A stretch of 64,000 nt of DNA from Halobacteriovoraceae bacterium (GTDB lineage Bacteria > Bdellovibrionota > Bacteriovoracia > Bacteriovoracales > Bacteriovoracaceae): NCBI GenBank assembly GCA_963719505.1, contig CAVRCF010000005.1:960001-1024000 (forward strand), in the 5' to 3' direction. Below the pieces are notes generated by a model. That model had not been told where the DNA came from. It was given only the letters and a program-made list of their open reading frames with translations, and ran no database searches. Both the position numbers and the translations under genes were made by a program. Positions 39,392-49,062 of this stretch are shown one piece after another; positions within the stretch are counted from its first letter, which is position 1; each line of letters starts with the position of its first letter.

Positions 39392-40027
39392 ATGGAAAAC
39401 TACTTAATAAAAATTAATTGTGACAACTTACTAACCGATTTCTCAGAAATGGACGGAGGGGTATCTTCAACGAGAGTAAAATCTTTAAAAGATATAGACT
39501 TCGACCATTTTGCTAAAAAAGATATCAATATTGTATTACTGCTCTCTATTTCAGATAAAGACCATCTCGAAGATATTATCCAACAACGATATCTTGAGAC
39601 TTTAAATATACCGACCATCTTCGTTTTAGATTGCGCCTGTGACAATATGATTGAACTTCTTTATTCAAAGCATTTTGTGAATCTTTATTTAAAAAATACT
39701 TCTCCTGCTCTTTTAAAGCAGCAAGTTCAATACATGTTTCAAAACTATGGCCATTACAAAAGCTTAAAATCTTCCAAACTTCTAGAAACGATTGAAACAA
39801 ATCTGTTCACTAATAAAGAAGTTGAAATTATTCGTTTGTTAGCAGAGTCTCCGCTTCAAGAGCTGAATCGCAACGAGCTTTATACAAAGGTTTGGGGCTC
39901 TGAACATATTAATACAAATACCCTTGACGTCCATCTGTGCAATATTAGAAGAAAATTAAAAAAGAGTGCCTATAACATCTCTTCTCTTACGACCGGGAAA
40001 GTATCCTTAAAGAGTGTTTTTTCATAA
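39392..40027 (+). CDS. Atypical response regulator (pseudo-receiver plus OmpR-type winged helix); start uncertain
   Basis: FTNKEVEII...VWG...NTLDVHLCNIRRKL winged helix; receiver-like N-terminus without the canonical Asp pocket. Confidence 0.75.
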   Translation: MENYLIKINCDNLLTDFSEMDGGVSSTRVKSLKDIDFDHFAKKDINIVLLLSISDKDHLEDIIQQRYLETLNIPTIFVLDCACDNMIELLYSKHFVNLYLKNTSPALLKQQVQYMFQNYGHYKSLKSSKLLETIETNLFTNKEVEIIRLLAESPLQELNRNELYTKVWGSEHINTNTLDVHLCNIRRKLKKSAYNISSLTTGKVSLKSVFS

Positions 40028-40031
40028 AAGG

Positions 40032-41075
40032 CTAGTCTAAGAAAAAGTTGTTGTTTAAACCATACTCGATAAGTTTCGGCATCCGCTTTGGGACAAGTCC
40101 ATTAAAGACAAATTCTTCATCGACCATATTACCTAGGTCTTGAAGAAGAATCGTTTCTCCTTCCATGTTTGATATTTCAGCAACACGACTAACAATACGT
40201 CTCCCACTTCTATCTCTATCGAGCTGAATAATGAAGTCTATAGCTGTTGACATCTGTTGTCTGACGGCTTTAAGCGGAACATCGTAACCTGCGAATAAAA
40301 AGAGATTCTCTATTCGAGACAGGCATTCGCCTGGGGTATTTGAGTGTATTGTACACATACTTCCGTCATGACCTGTATTCATCGCTTGCAGAAGATCAAA
40401 AGCTTCCTCACCTCTCACCTCACCGATAATAATCCTATCTGGTCTCATTCGAAGAGTATTTTTGAGAAGATCTCTAATTTTTAACGGAGTTTCAATCTTT
40501 CCATTTCCTTTATTTGCCACAAGACGAACACTATTTGGAAGATTAAAGCTCAATTCTCTTGTATCTTCTATCGTGATGACTCTCTCTGCTGGACTTACTT
40601 CTTGCAGTAATAGATTTAGGAAAGTCGTCTTACCATTACCGGTACCACCAGAGATGATAATATTCATCTTGGCTTCCATTAAGGTTTTGATAAAGGTTAT
40701 CCATTTAGGAGACAGACCAAAAATCCCAGGAGAGGAATCAAATTCTTTAATCGTTTTGAGATATTTTCTAATCGTAATCGCGGGAGAACTCTGAGTATAA
40801 AGAGAAGAGATAATATTGATCCTACTTCCATCGGGAAGATTTCCATCAATGATAGGATTATTTGGATTAAAGACTGTTTTATTATATTTAGCTACATCTC
40901 TACAAAAAATGACGATGTCTTCGGGAACGAGCTTTATATTCAGAAGAATAAGTTCACCCTCTCTTTCTATAAAAACATTATCCGAACTATTAACAATAAT
41001 TTCTGTAATGCCACTTTTTTTAGCAAGCTCATTGATGAGTTTCCAAACAGAGTTACTTGGGTCACCGTAAATCAT
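40032..41075 (-). CDS. cpaF: CpaF/TadA-family secretion ATPase
   Basis: ITEIIVN, DGSRINI, GGTGNGKTT, IEDTREL, LRMRPDRIIIGEVRG and NTGHDGS motifs. Confidence 0.92.
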   Translation of the reverse strand: MIYGDPSNSVWKLINELAKKSGITEIIVNSSDNVFIEREGELILLNIKLVPEDIVIFCRDVAKYNKTVFNPNNPIIDGNLPDGSRINIISSLYTQSSPAITIRKYLKTIKEFDSSPGIFGLSPKWITFIKTLMEAKMNIIISGGTGNGKTTFLNLLLQEVSPAERVITIEDTRELSFNLPNSVRLVANKGNGKIETPLKIRDLLKNTLRMRPDRIIIGEVRGEEAFDLLQAMNTGHDGSMCTIHSNTPGECLSRIENLFLFAGYDVPLKAVRQQMSTAIDFIIQLDRDRSGRRIVSRVAEISNMEGETILLQDLGNMVDEEFVFNGLVPKRMPKLIEYGLNNNFFLD

Positions 41076-41774
41076 TTAAACAACCTTTTCGTACAAAAAC
41101 ATTTCTGTCTCGTTAATACTTGCTCCATAGCGAAGAAAGTTTTGGACCATTAGATCCTTCTGCTCCGGACTCAATCGATTCTTTAAACGAGTGAAATCCC
41201 CTTTGTCTTCCTTTACAATATCGACAAATTTTTCTTTTCCTAAGAAACTCTCAAAGTGAATAAGACTCAAAACGAGCCAATCAGGCTTAATGAGTTTTTG
41301 TTCTCCTAAAAGAAGCACTTGTTTTAGCTGTCGAGACAGCCCAAGAAAAGAGATAAAATTATTTGAATTCTCTTTCATCGCTTGGATTTCACACATTTTT
41401 AAAAAGAATCCTAAAAAAAATATTCTTGAATTCCCCTCAGGAAAAATACCTTTCAGATCTTCCTCAAATTGAACCACCTCAGATATATTATCAACTTCGT
41501 CTTCCTCTGGAAAAAAACCATGAAAGTAGTGATAAAGATAACTCGATGCCAATCTATTTCGAAAACCTCTCCAACCTAGAGCGTTGAGCATAGACTCAAT
41601 GCTGTTGGCCTTAATATAAGAGGAAAATAGTTTTTCCACATGAAGCTTTAAAAAAGGTTTGGAGTGAACATTCTCAGAAATTGATAAATAGGCTTTTCTA
41701 CTATTGTTTAAATAAATAGCGTTAATCCACGAGAGATCTTCAGGTATGTACACAATTGGAAAAAGAATATTCAT
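41076..41774 (-). CDS. Hypothetical protein (possible partial HDOD-like helical fold), abutting cpaF
   Basis: SIESMLNALGWRGFRN resembles an HDOD segment; stop codon is adjacent to the cpaF ATG. Confidence 0.55.
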   Translation of the reverse strand: MNILFPIVYIPEDLSWINAIYLNNSRKAYLSISENVHSKPFLKLHVEKLFSSYIKANSIESMLNALGWRGFRNRLASSYLYHYFHGFFPEEDEVDNISEVVQFEEDLKGIFPEGNSRIFFLGFFLKMCEIQAMKENSNNFISFLGLSRQLKQVLLLGEQKLIKPDWLVLSLIHFESFLGKEKFVDIVKEDKGDFTRLKNRLSPEQKDLMVQNFLRYGASINETEMFLYEKVV

Positions 41775-41836
41775 ATTTACCTCACCATCTATTTTAACTA
41801 TAATTTAGAGAAGTTAAACAACTTTACGGGAGAAAT

Positions 41837-42325
41837 ATGGCCATTCCTATTTATAAACTTATAAATATCGACAATTCCATTGAGTCCTCCATCCACAACC
41901 AGCTCAAACAGCATCAATTCAGTCAAGTACCAACGGTTATCGATGTGAGTGAACTCTCGGATCAATTTGAAGCGATAACTCATATTGAAACATTTCTGCT
42001 AGAGAATGAAGTAAGTAATTTCCCCTACCCAACTTATATCGTTACGGAGATTAAAAACTATCACGGAAAATATTCTTTTTTCGAGTCGACTGATAAGACA
42101 CCTTCATTTTTTTGGAAAAAACTCAAACAGTTAAACTCCAGAGAAAATAAAATTCTTCAAAAAAACTATCTCAAACAGAAAAATTTGGAAAATACCCAAG
42201 GACACGAATTTCATGAAGACCTTATGGACTACGCAAAAGGACATAAAGTAATCTTTAACTTGAGTAAGGAGAAAATCTTCCTTTCTAAAATTCAAAAAAA
42301 TTTAGAGGATTTCTATGACAAATAA
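41837..42325 (+). CDS. Hypothetical protein
   Basis: GGGAG SD; 162-aa ORF. Confidence 0.65.
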   Translation: MAIPIYKLINIDNSIESSIHNQLKQHQFSQVPTVIDVSELSDQFEAITHIETFLLENEVSNFPYPTYIVTEIKNYHGKYSFFESTDKTPSFFWKKLKQLNSRENKILQKNYLKQKNLENTQGHEFHEDLMDYAKGHKVIFNLSKEKIFLSKIQKNLEDFYDK

Positions 42326-42656
42326 AAAAGATGAAAATATCGGCTTTAAAGAATTTCTCGAAGGAGAAGATAAGTCTTTTTTAGAAAACCCAAATTCCGG
42401 TAATAAAAATAGAAATCTCTCGAATTTTGAGCTTGAGACATTCCTAGAGCAAGACTCGATGAGAATGTCAAAATTGATAGAAACATTTGAAGAAAAAGCA
42501 TTTGTTATAAAAAAATATCCTCAAGCGGCTCAACTGGTTATTGAAGCAGAAGCTCAAAACATCTCCGCAAGAATTGAAACCACAGCTCTATGCACAAGAG
42601 ATAATTCGCCTCTTTTTGAAAATTTAGATTCTATCTTTAAGAAGTTTTTTAAATAG
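42315..42656 (+). CDS. Hypothetical protein
   Basis: GAGGA SD; 113-aa ORF overlapping the upstream gene. Confidence 0.65.
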   Translation: MTNKKDENIGFKEFLEGEDKSFLENPNSGNKNRNLSNFELETFLEQDSMRMSKLIETFEEKAFVIKKYPQAAQLVIEAEAQNISARIETTALCTRDNSPLFENLDSIFKKFFK

Positions 42657-44361
42657 TTAAAAGAATCGGCCCGCCGACATGTTCAAAGTCTTTATCCTCA
42701 AGTGAGTGATATTCATATCCGGAGAGATTTTCATAAAGGATTCCATAGAGGTACTCATGAAAATCAACAACTTCATTGAGACCATAGGTTTCACTGAATT
42801 CGACAAGCATTTTTTGGATCTCTAAATCAGTTATCATCTTCAAGCTATATTCCCCCCCCACAAAGTTAAAATACTTCTCATAAAAAGTTTTAAACTCTGT
42901 AACTGTTAATCCTAGTTTCCCTTGAGATCCTTTAACTGGATTTAGGCTAAAATTAATAAATGAGGAGATAATAATGGCTTCAAAATCTATTTCATCAACA
43001 TTGTAATTGAGATAAAAAGTGTCTTGAAGCTTATCTTGTGTCTTTAAAGTAATAAAAGTTTTTGCAAATTCTTCTATAAATGGCGCCATTGAGACAAAGA
43101 GTGAAACCTGCTTTTGCCAAAAACCAAAGGTCACGAGGTCGTTAATATACTGAGCATTAAGACCGACCCCAAAATTTTTTACTTTTGGTATCTCTTCAAA
43201 TGAATGATCAAGAAAGGATTTCCACCATGAACCAACAAAGTATTCAAAAGAGCTTTCTTCAAAAGTTTTTCCTTTTAGGGCTTTTTTAAGTTTTGTTTTT
43301 TCCATTGCGACTAGACTAGAGCCAATTTTATAAAGATCAAAAAAATCAAAGCGATCAAAGACAACTTCATCATCTGGCAGTTCATTCTTGATATAATCGA
43401 GCCCAATATCGAGGTAACTTCTCGTATGAGCCCCTATTCTTGTCAGTTCGATCCTTCCAGCTTTGAGCGCATCTTTAAGAGTAATCGTTGAATTGATGAG
43501 CCTAATAAAAGTAAAGTGAAGAAATTGTTTTCTCAAATCACTTTCCACTCGGGCCAACTCAACAAGAATCTTTTCCATATCAACATTAAAACTAACGAGA
43601 GCAGAAGAATGTAGAGATTGATTCTGGCCCCTTATATCAATGACACCGGAGCGAGAGCTTTTAGAATTGATAAGCTTTTTAATTTGTCCTACAGAAACAA
43701 AAGGGTGTAATTTCTCCATCGCCTCAAAGTGATCAACAAAGCCGAAGTCTCTCAAACGCTCTTTTTTATTTTGAAAGCCCTCTTCTTGAAGAGCTGAGTA
43801 AGAATCATTAATAAGTTTAAAAAGTGTTGTGTAAGCACCTTCAACACCTAAATGATCATACATATTTCTCACAAGAACTTTAAGTTCATGAGGAAACTGA
43901 TAGTCTTCACCGTATTCAACTAATAACAGATTATCATCTGTTAAGAAGTAATAATCGTGGTCAGGATACATTGGGTCTTCTGCATCAAAAGTATTGATAT
44001 TAACTCTCGACTTTAAATAGAGATAGAATTCTTCAGAAGTTGCAAATTCTTTTGTTATCTCGTCATCTGTTACTCTAGAATAAGCCTCAATCCAGAATTC
44101 AAAAGCCCCTGGATCAACAATATCTTTTCTCCAAAGATCAAGGTCAATAAACGCTTGTCTTTGTTCTTTAGAAAGTTTGGGAATAATCGCCGTCAGTTGA
44201 GAGGAGGAGCTCGTAATAAGAGAGACATATAAAGGTTGAATAGGTATCGCCGAAAGTTCAGTACCGCTGATAACCAACTTCTCTATATCTTCAAATGAAT
44301 TATAAGCCTGGGCTTCAAAAAGAATCTTTTTTAAAAGGTTGTTTTTACTAGAATCGTCCAT
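42649..44361 (-). CDS. Acidic helical protein resembling DUF6178
   Basis: 570 aa; FIDLDLWRKD and RLRDFGFVDHFEA patterns (family recalled, not searched). Confidence 0.55.
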   Translation of the reverse strand: MDDSSKNNLLKKILFEAQAYNSFEDIEKLVISGTELSAIPIQPLYVSLITSSSSQLTAIIPKLSKEQRQAFIDLDLWRKDIVDPGAFEFWIEAYSRVTDDEITKEFATSEEFYLYLKSRVNINTFDAEDPMYPDHDYYFLTDDNLLLVEYGEDYQFPHELKVLVRNMYDHLGVEGAYTTLFKLINDSYSALQEEGFQNKKERLRDFGFVDHFEAMEKLHPFVSVGQIKKLINSKSSRSGVIDIRGQNQSLHSSALVSFNVDMEKILVELARVESDLRKQFLHFTFIRLINSTITLKDALKAGRIELTRIGAHTRSYLDIGLDYIKNELPDDEVVFDRFDFFDLYKIGSSLVAMEKTKLKKALKGKTFEESSFEYFVGSWWKSFLDHSFEEIPKVKNFGVGLNAQYINDLVTFGFWQKQVSLFVSMAPFIEEFAKTFITLKTQDKLQDTFYLNYNVDEIDFEAIIISSFINFSLNPVKGSQGKLGLTVTEFKTFYEKYFNFVGGEYSLKMITDLEIQKMLVEFSETYGLNEVVDFHEYLYGILYENLSGYEYHSLEDKDFEHVGGPILLTI

Positions 44362-44387
44362 GAGGACTTATACATGATTTTTAAGAC

Positions 44388-44705
44388 TTAACCAAGAATT
44401 TCTTCCAAGGCATCTCGCTCTTTATCGTTAAACTTAAAACTACCCGTTCTCAGTAGACCTCTGAGCTTATCTTTAGTTTCTTCACTATTAGGGTCATTGC
44501 TCTTGATGCTGCCGTTGTCTTTGGCTTCTTGCGCTTTTTCGACGGCTTCTTTGCTTATTACGACAGTGGCATCATTTTTTTTAATTGCTTTGAACCTATC
44601 ACCAAACTTTTCAGCTAGCTTTTCTCTAAGGGCCTTCTTTTCAGCAATAGCTTCCAGTTTTTTATCTTTAAATTCTTGATGCTTAGCAGTGCTCGTTAGT
44701 TTCAT
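44388..44705 (-). CDS. Small charged hypothetical protein (weak FlgM-like pattern)
   Basis: GAGG SD and TGnTATAAT upstream; DATVVISKEA...LRTGSFKF. Confidence 0.55.
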   Translation of the reverse strand: MKLTSTAKHQEFKDKKLEAIAEKKALREKLAEKFGDRFKAIKKNDATVVISKEAVEKAQEAKDNGSIKSNDPNSEETKDKLRGLLRTGSFKFNDKERDALEEILG

Positions 44706-44759
44706 GGGGACCTCTTTAAAATTATACCAAGCGAGAGGCTTTTTTTAAATGGCGAGAAA

Positions 44760-46328
44760 TTATTGCTTTTCTGGTGGAGGTTCAATAATGGATACCTGCC
44801 AATTATTATTAGTTGATTCATCATTTTTTAATCTAATTCTACTGTAAGGCTTTGTTTTTACTTTATCGACATCGTTAACGACATAGAACTCATCACCCAG
44901 GATGGCTGTCATATTATAAAGGGCTTGATGCTTGTCTGATTCGATTAGGTATTTCAAAAACAAAAGAGGTAAAGGCCCTTTTGTCGTCCCTAAACCATCT
45001 CGTTTTTTCATCTCTGCAAGACCTTCTCTTGTGACGTAGATCTTGAGGTTCTCATCTAAAAGTTTTTTGAGATTTAATGAAAACAAAAAGTCATATTTAA
45101 ACTTTAACATATTGACGTCAACTGAGGTATAACCTGTTTGTTCTTGCAAAACGACAGCTTCTTTAAAAGCAGAGATTTTTTCTTTCTCTTCAATCTCTTC
45201 TTTCGCCTCCCTTTTGACAGAACTGATTTTCTTTTTCTTCTTCTGAACAAAGCGATCGACGAATTCAATTTTGTCTTCATCTGGCTTTGAGACGACCTTT
45301 TTGGTTTCTGACTTTTTGACGACTACCTTAGGAGCTTCAGGCTTGGGTGCAAAAAGATCAACCAATCCCATATCAATAAATTTTTTCATCGATCCAGCAG
45401 GAAAAAGTTGGCCCTGAAGATACCTTCTTTTGTTTTGAACCATATTCGAATAAGTTATAGGAAAGATTAATCGAAGATTGGGGTAGACTTCCTCTTTAGA
45501 TGAAGTGACTTGCTTAAAGCGCCTCAGACACCCTCTAGCAAAACCTGACTCATCAGCCGCCTCTAATATATCTGAGTTTACAAGGAGCGAGTACGCCTCA
45601 CTTATATAGCCCAGTCCATAGATTCGATCTTTCTCAGAACAGATTTTGGTAAACATTTTTTCATCTTCCACACAAGTTTTATCAACTTGCTTCATCGCTT
45701 TATCAAAGGTTATTCCTGCGCAGCGCGAGCCTCGACACTCATCCATGAGTCTAAAATGAGCTTCATCTTGAAATTGATTTTTATGTAAGTTTTCTAACCA
45801 CTGGCTTTGTTTCTCTTTTAAAGAGAGCGAGCTTGAGGCCAAGACCTCTTTCCTATTTTTCGTCAGATGTTTTGAACTTTTAACAAAGAACTTCATATCT
45901 CTGGAAAGCGGCGTGCACTTGTCCAGAGTCGATTGCCAATCAACGTCACAAATTCCTGCTTGCCCCATTCGCTTTGCTCCCTCTTTACGAGCTTGAATAT
46001 TTTCGTAAAGATAACTTAAAGCGAGAACCCTATTTGAAAATTGAAGGTAGGTATACATTGATATAAGTTCAGACCTTGGGCACGATAAAGACTGTGGAAT
46101 TTCTTTTAAAAAGAAAGTCTTAAGATCATAGAAGTCATCTTGAATCAAAGTCAGTGGGTATTTTTCTGATAAAAACTTATCTTCAAAAATGATATTCTCC
46201 TCAGAGCTATCAACATTGTAATAGAGATCCTTAGCTCCATAATACAGATCAAAATCTTTCTCCCCTAGCATATAAGGGGAGCTGATCGCACAAAAAGAAT
46301 AGAGAAGAAGGATCAAATAGAGCTTCAT
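44760..46328 (-). CDS. Secreted Cys-rich hypothetical protein coupled to dctM
   Basis: Signal-peptide-like N-terminus, multiple Cys, ATGA overlap with dctM. Confidence 0.7.
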   Translation of the reverse strand: MKLYLILLLYSFCAISSPYMLGEKDFDLYYGAKDLYYNVDSSEENIIFEDKFLSEKYPLTLIQDDFYDLKTFFLKEIPQSLSCPRSELISMYTYLQFSNRVLALSYLYENIQARKEGAKRMGQAGICDVDWQSTLDKCTPLSRDMKFFVKSSKHLTKNRKEVLASSSLSLKEKQSQWLENLHKNQFQDEAHFRLMDECRGSRCAGITFDKAMKQVDKTCVEDEKMFTKICSEKDRIYGLGYISEAYSLLVNSDILEAADESGFARGCLRRFKQVTSSKEEVYPNLRLIFPITYSNMVQNKRRYLQGQLFPAGSMKKFIDMGLVDLFAPKPEAPKVVVKKSETKKVVSKPDEDKIEFVDRFVQKKKKKISSVKREAKEEIEEKEKISAFKEAVVLQEQTGYTSVDVNMLKFKYDFLFSLNLKKLLDENLKIYVTREGLAEMKKRDGLGTTKGPLPLLFLKYLIESDKHQALYNMTAILGDEFYVVNDVDKVKTKPYSRIRLKNDESTNNNWQVSIIEPPPEKQ

Positions 46329-47599
46329 TTATCAAACCAAAAAAGTGATAGAGCTGGAATATAGGTAATTAAAACTAGCGCTATAATCATTAAAACAAGG
46401 TACGGCAACGAAGCTTTGTAGAGAGTAAGAACTGGTTTTTTAAATCTAAAGCTACTAATAAAAAGATTAATTCCCACTGGTGGCGTGATATAGCCGATCT
46501 CAAGGTTTGTCAAAAAAATGATCGCCAAATGAAGAGGATCAACTCCAAACTCAGCTGCTACGGGCAATATCAGAGGCACCACAACAATGATGGCACTAAA
46601 GATATCCATCATCGCTCCCACGATAAGAAGAAAAATATTAAGAAATAATAAAAAGACGTATTTATTATCGATGTACTGCTTCATTTGTTCTAAAATCTGC
46701 ATCGGGATTTCTTCATCCACCAAGTAATTCGTTAGTCCCAAAGCACAGCACAAGATCAATAAGATGGCTCCCACTAAAGTTTGAGACTCTTTTATAATCT
46801 TTGGTATATCTTTAAATATGGCCAAGTCTTTATAAAGAAAGCACACCATAATAAGGACGTATCCAGCTGTTAAAGCACTCGCCTCTGTTGCCGTTACGAA
46901 ACCTCCGTAAATTCCGCCCAAAACAATTATAGGAAGTGGTATTTCATAGCGAGAATCCCAAAGGGCAGCTTTCAAAGATTTCCAGCAAAAAGGTGTCCTG
47001 GAAAGAGACTTCGACTTCCTTCCACAATAAATAGACCAACTACTTAAAACGACAATAAGTAAAATTCCCGGAACAACCCCTGCGAGGAATAGTTTATCAA
47101 TATCGACTTTGGCAATAATTCCATAGAGTATGATGGGAAGGCTTGGAGGAAATAAAAGTCCTAACGATCCACTTGTTGTGATAAGCCCCAACGTAAATTT
47201 TTCATTGTATCCCTCTTTTATAAGCATCGGATAAAGTAAACCACCAAGGGCAATAATAGTAACTCCACTGGCCCCCGTGAAAGCTGTGAAAAAGGCACAA
47301 ATAACTAAGGAGACGATGGCCACTCCACCAGGAAGCCATCCAAGAGCGGCAGTCGCTAATCTCAAAAGCCTCTCAGGCGATTTTGATTCCGCCATCATAT
47401 AGCCGGCAAAGGTAAATAGAGGGATGGTTAGTAATGTTGGTGATCCCGCAATTCTATAAATCTCAACAGCGATAGCACTTGAATCAATGTCTGCAAAATA
47501 AAATGCTGTTAAAGCAAATAATGACATCACAGCAAATATCGGCCCCCCCACGAGAGCAAAAATGAAAGTACCTAAATAGAGAAGACTAGACATGGGCAC
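46325..47599 (-). CDS. dctM: TRAP transporter large permease
   Basis: TIPLFTFAG, GSLGLLFPPS, TATEA and GYITPPVGINLF motifs. Confidence 0.95.
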   Translation of the reverse strand: MPMSSLLYLGTFIFALVGGPIFAVMSLFALTAFYFADIDSSAIAVEIYRIAGSPTLLTIPLFTFAGYMMAESKSPERLLRLATAALGWLPGGVAIVSLVICAFFTAFTGASGVTIIALGGLLYPMLIKEGYNEKFTLGLITTSGSLGLLFPPSLPIILYGIIAKVDIDKLFLAGVVPGILLIVVLSSWSIYCGRKSKSLSRTPFCWKSLKAALWDSRYEIPLPIIVLGGIYGGFVTATEASALTAGYVLIMVCFLYKDLAIFKDIPKIIKESQTLVGAILLILCCALGLTNYLVDEEIPMQILEQMKQYIDNKYVFLLFLNIFLLIVGAMMDIFSAIIVVVPLILPVAAEFGVDPLHLAIIFLTNLEIGYITPPVGINLFISSFRFKKPVLTLYKASLPYLVLMIIALVLITYIPALSLFWFDK

Positions 47600-48083
47600 C
47601 CTTCTCTTTTTCCGTAAATGTTAAAAGAAATCTCAAAATGAATCGCAAGGTTAGTAAACCCATTCCAAAGGGAATAATCCCCGCTAAAAATCCAGAATGG
47701 ATACCGAGGAAAACGACTTTTCCAAACTCGAGCTCAATTTTCGCAAAATCAAGACCGGCTTGTGCTAAGAATATTGTCGCCACACAAGTAATAAGAATAA
47801 CAATTCTTTCAAGCCATATTTTAGTTTTCGGCATTTTTTTATTTTCAAGAATTTTCGTCGCAAGATCAATTCTAATATGATTGTCTTCACCTGTAGCGAG
47901 TGTTCCACCTAAGAATGCACTCAAGAAAACAAGGTGCCTAACGAGAGGGTCAATCCATTCAAAAGAAGTATTAAACCAACGAAGGGCAATGTTCAAAATT
48001 GTAAGGCTTAGCATAAGTACTACCGCTATCACGATTCCATAAAATGCTATCCCACCGACGAACTGATCTATTTTTTTTATCAT
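47586..48083 (-). CDS. dctQ: TRAP transporter small permease
   Basis: Four TM segments; EWIDPLVRHL and HIRID motifs. Confidence 0.92.
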   Translation of the reverse strand: MIKKIDQFVGGIAFYGIVIAVVLMLSLTILNIALRWFNTSFEWIDPLVRHLVFLSAFLGGTLATGEDNHIRIDLATKILENKKMPKTKIWLERIVILITCVATIFLAQAGLDFAKIELEFGKVVFLGIHSGFLAGIIPFGMGLLTLRFILRFLLTFTEKEKGAHV

Positions 48084-49051
48084 CTAAAACCATTTACCAT
48101 TTTAATTGCCTCTTTCGAGATTAATTTCCCTTCGAGTTTTTTAATAACATCGTCTCTGATAGCTTCTGCTTTTTTCAAGTCTTTTTCATCAAATTGGACA
48201 AAGTCAATTCCCATTGACTTCATTGTTTTCAGACCAGCATTATTATCAGCGACAGCAAATTCATTTGCTTTATCAATATGCTTTTTCGCAATTTGTTCGA
48301 CTATTTTTTGATTGGCCGCAGAAATCTTTTTCCATTTTTTTGCATCGATCAAAAGAGCTCCAGTAGAATATGCAACGGGAAAGTCTATAAGATACTTAAC
48401 TTTACTTTGCCACTGCAATGCTAAGATTCCCAGTGGTGGTGCGTATGCAGCGTTGATGATTCCTGTGGATAAAGACGATAGAACATCTGGTAACGCCAGT
48501 GGAACAGAGACTAATTTTAAAGAATCAATCATACTTTTGACAACCTCATCCCCTTCCCATGACCAAATCTTTATTCCTTGCATCTGGGCGATGCTTCCAA
48601 CCTTTTGTGTCGAGACAAAGTAAACTTGGCCAATTTCGTAAAAGCCTAGATTTTTAAAACCATTATTTTGGAGTTTTTTATTTAAAAATGGAGTCATCGC
48701 TTTTAAAGCTTTAAACCCTTTTTCTCTATCACTATAGAAATTAAAAGGTATTTCTAAAGCTCTGATATCACCATCGATATCGCCCAGTGTTTTTCCGGTA
48801 AAGACACCACCGTTCATCTGCCCAACTCTTATTTTTCTCATCACATCAGGTTCGTCTCCAGCAACTCCACCGTAGTAGACTTTAAACTTAACCTCTCCGC
48901 CTGTTGCCTTTTTAACTTCTTTGCTCATATCTTTAATAGTATTTGCCCAATTCGTTCCCTCTGGTGCAATAGCTCCGATCTTTAAAGTTATCGCGTTTAC
49001 CGAAGCACTCATCAGTAAACTTAAAATTGAAATAGATAAAATGTTTTTCAT
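48080..49051 (-). CDS. dctP: TRAP substrate-binding protein (TatP-type DctP)
   Basis: Signal peptide; LKIGAIAPEGTNW, GGVAGDEPDVMRKIR and LALPDVLSSL motifs. Confidence 0.92.
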   Translation of the reverse strand: MKNILSISILSLLMSASVNAITLKIGAIAPEGTNWANTIKDMSKEVKKATGGEVKFKVYYGGVAGDEPDVMRKIRVGQMNGGVFTGKTLGDIDGDIRALEIPFNFYSDREKGFKALKAMTPFLNKKLQNNGFKNLGFYEIGQVYFVSTQKVGSIAQMQGIKIWSWEGDEVVKSMIDSLKLVSVPLALPDVLSSLSTGIINAAYAPPLGILALQWQSKVKYLIDFPVAYSTGALLIDAKKWKKISAANQKIVEQIAKKHIDKANEFAVADNNAGLKTMKSMGIDFVQFDEKDLKKAEAIRDDVIKKLEGKLISKEAIKMVNGFR

Positions 49052-49062
49052 ATTAACCTCTT

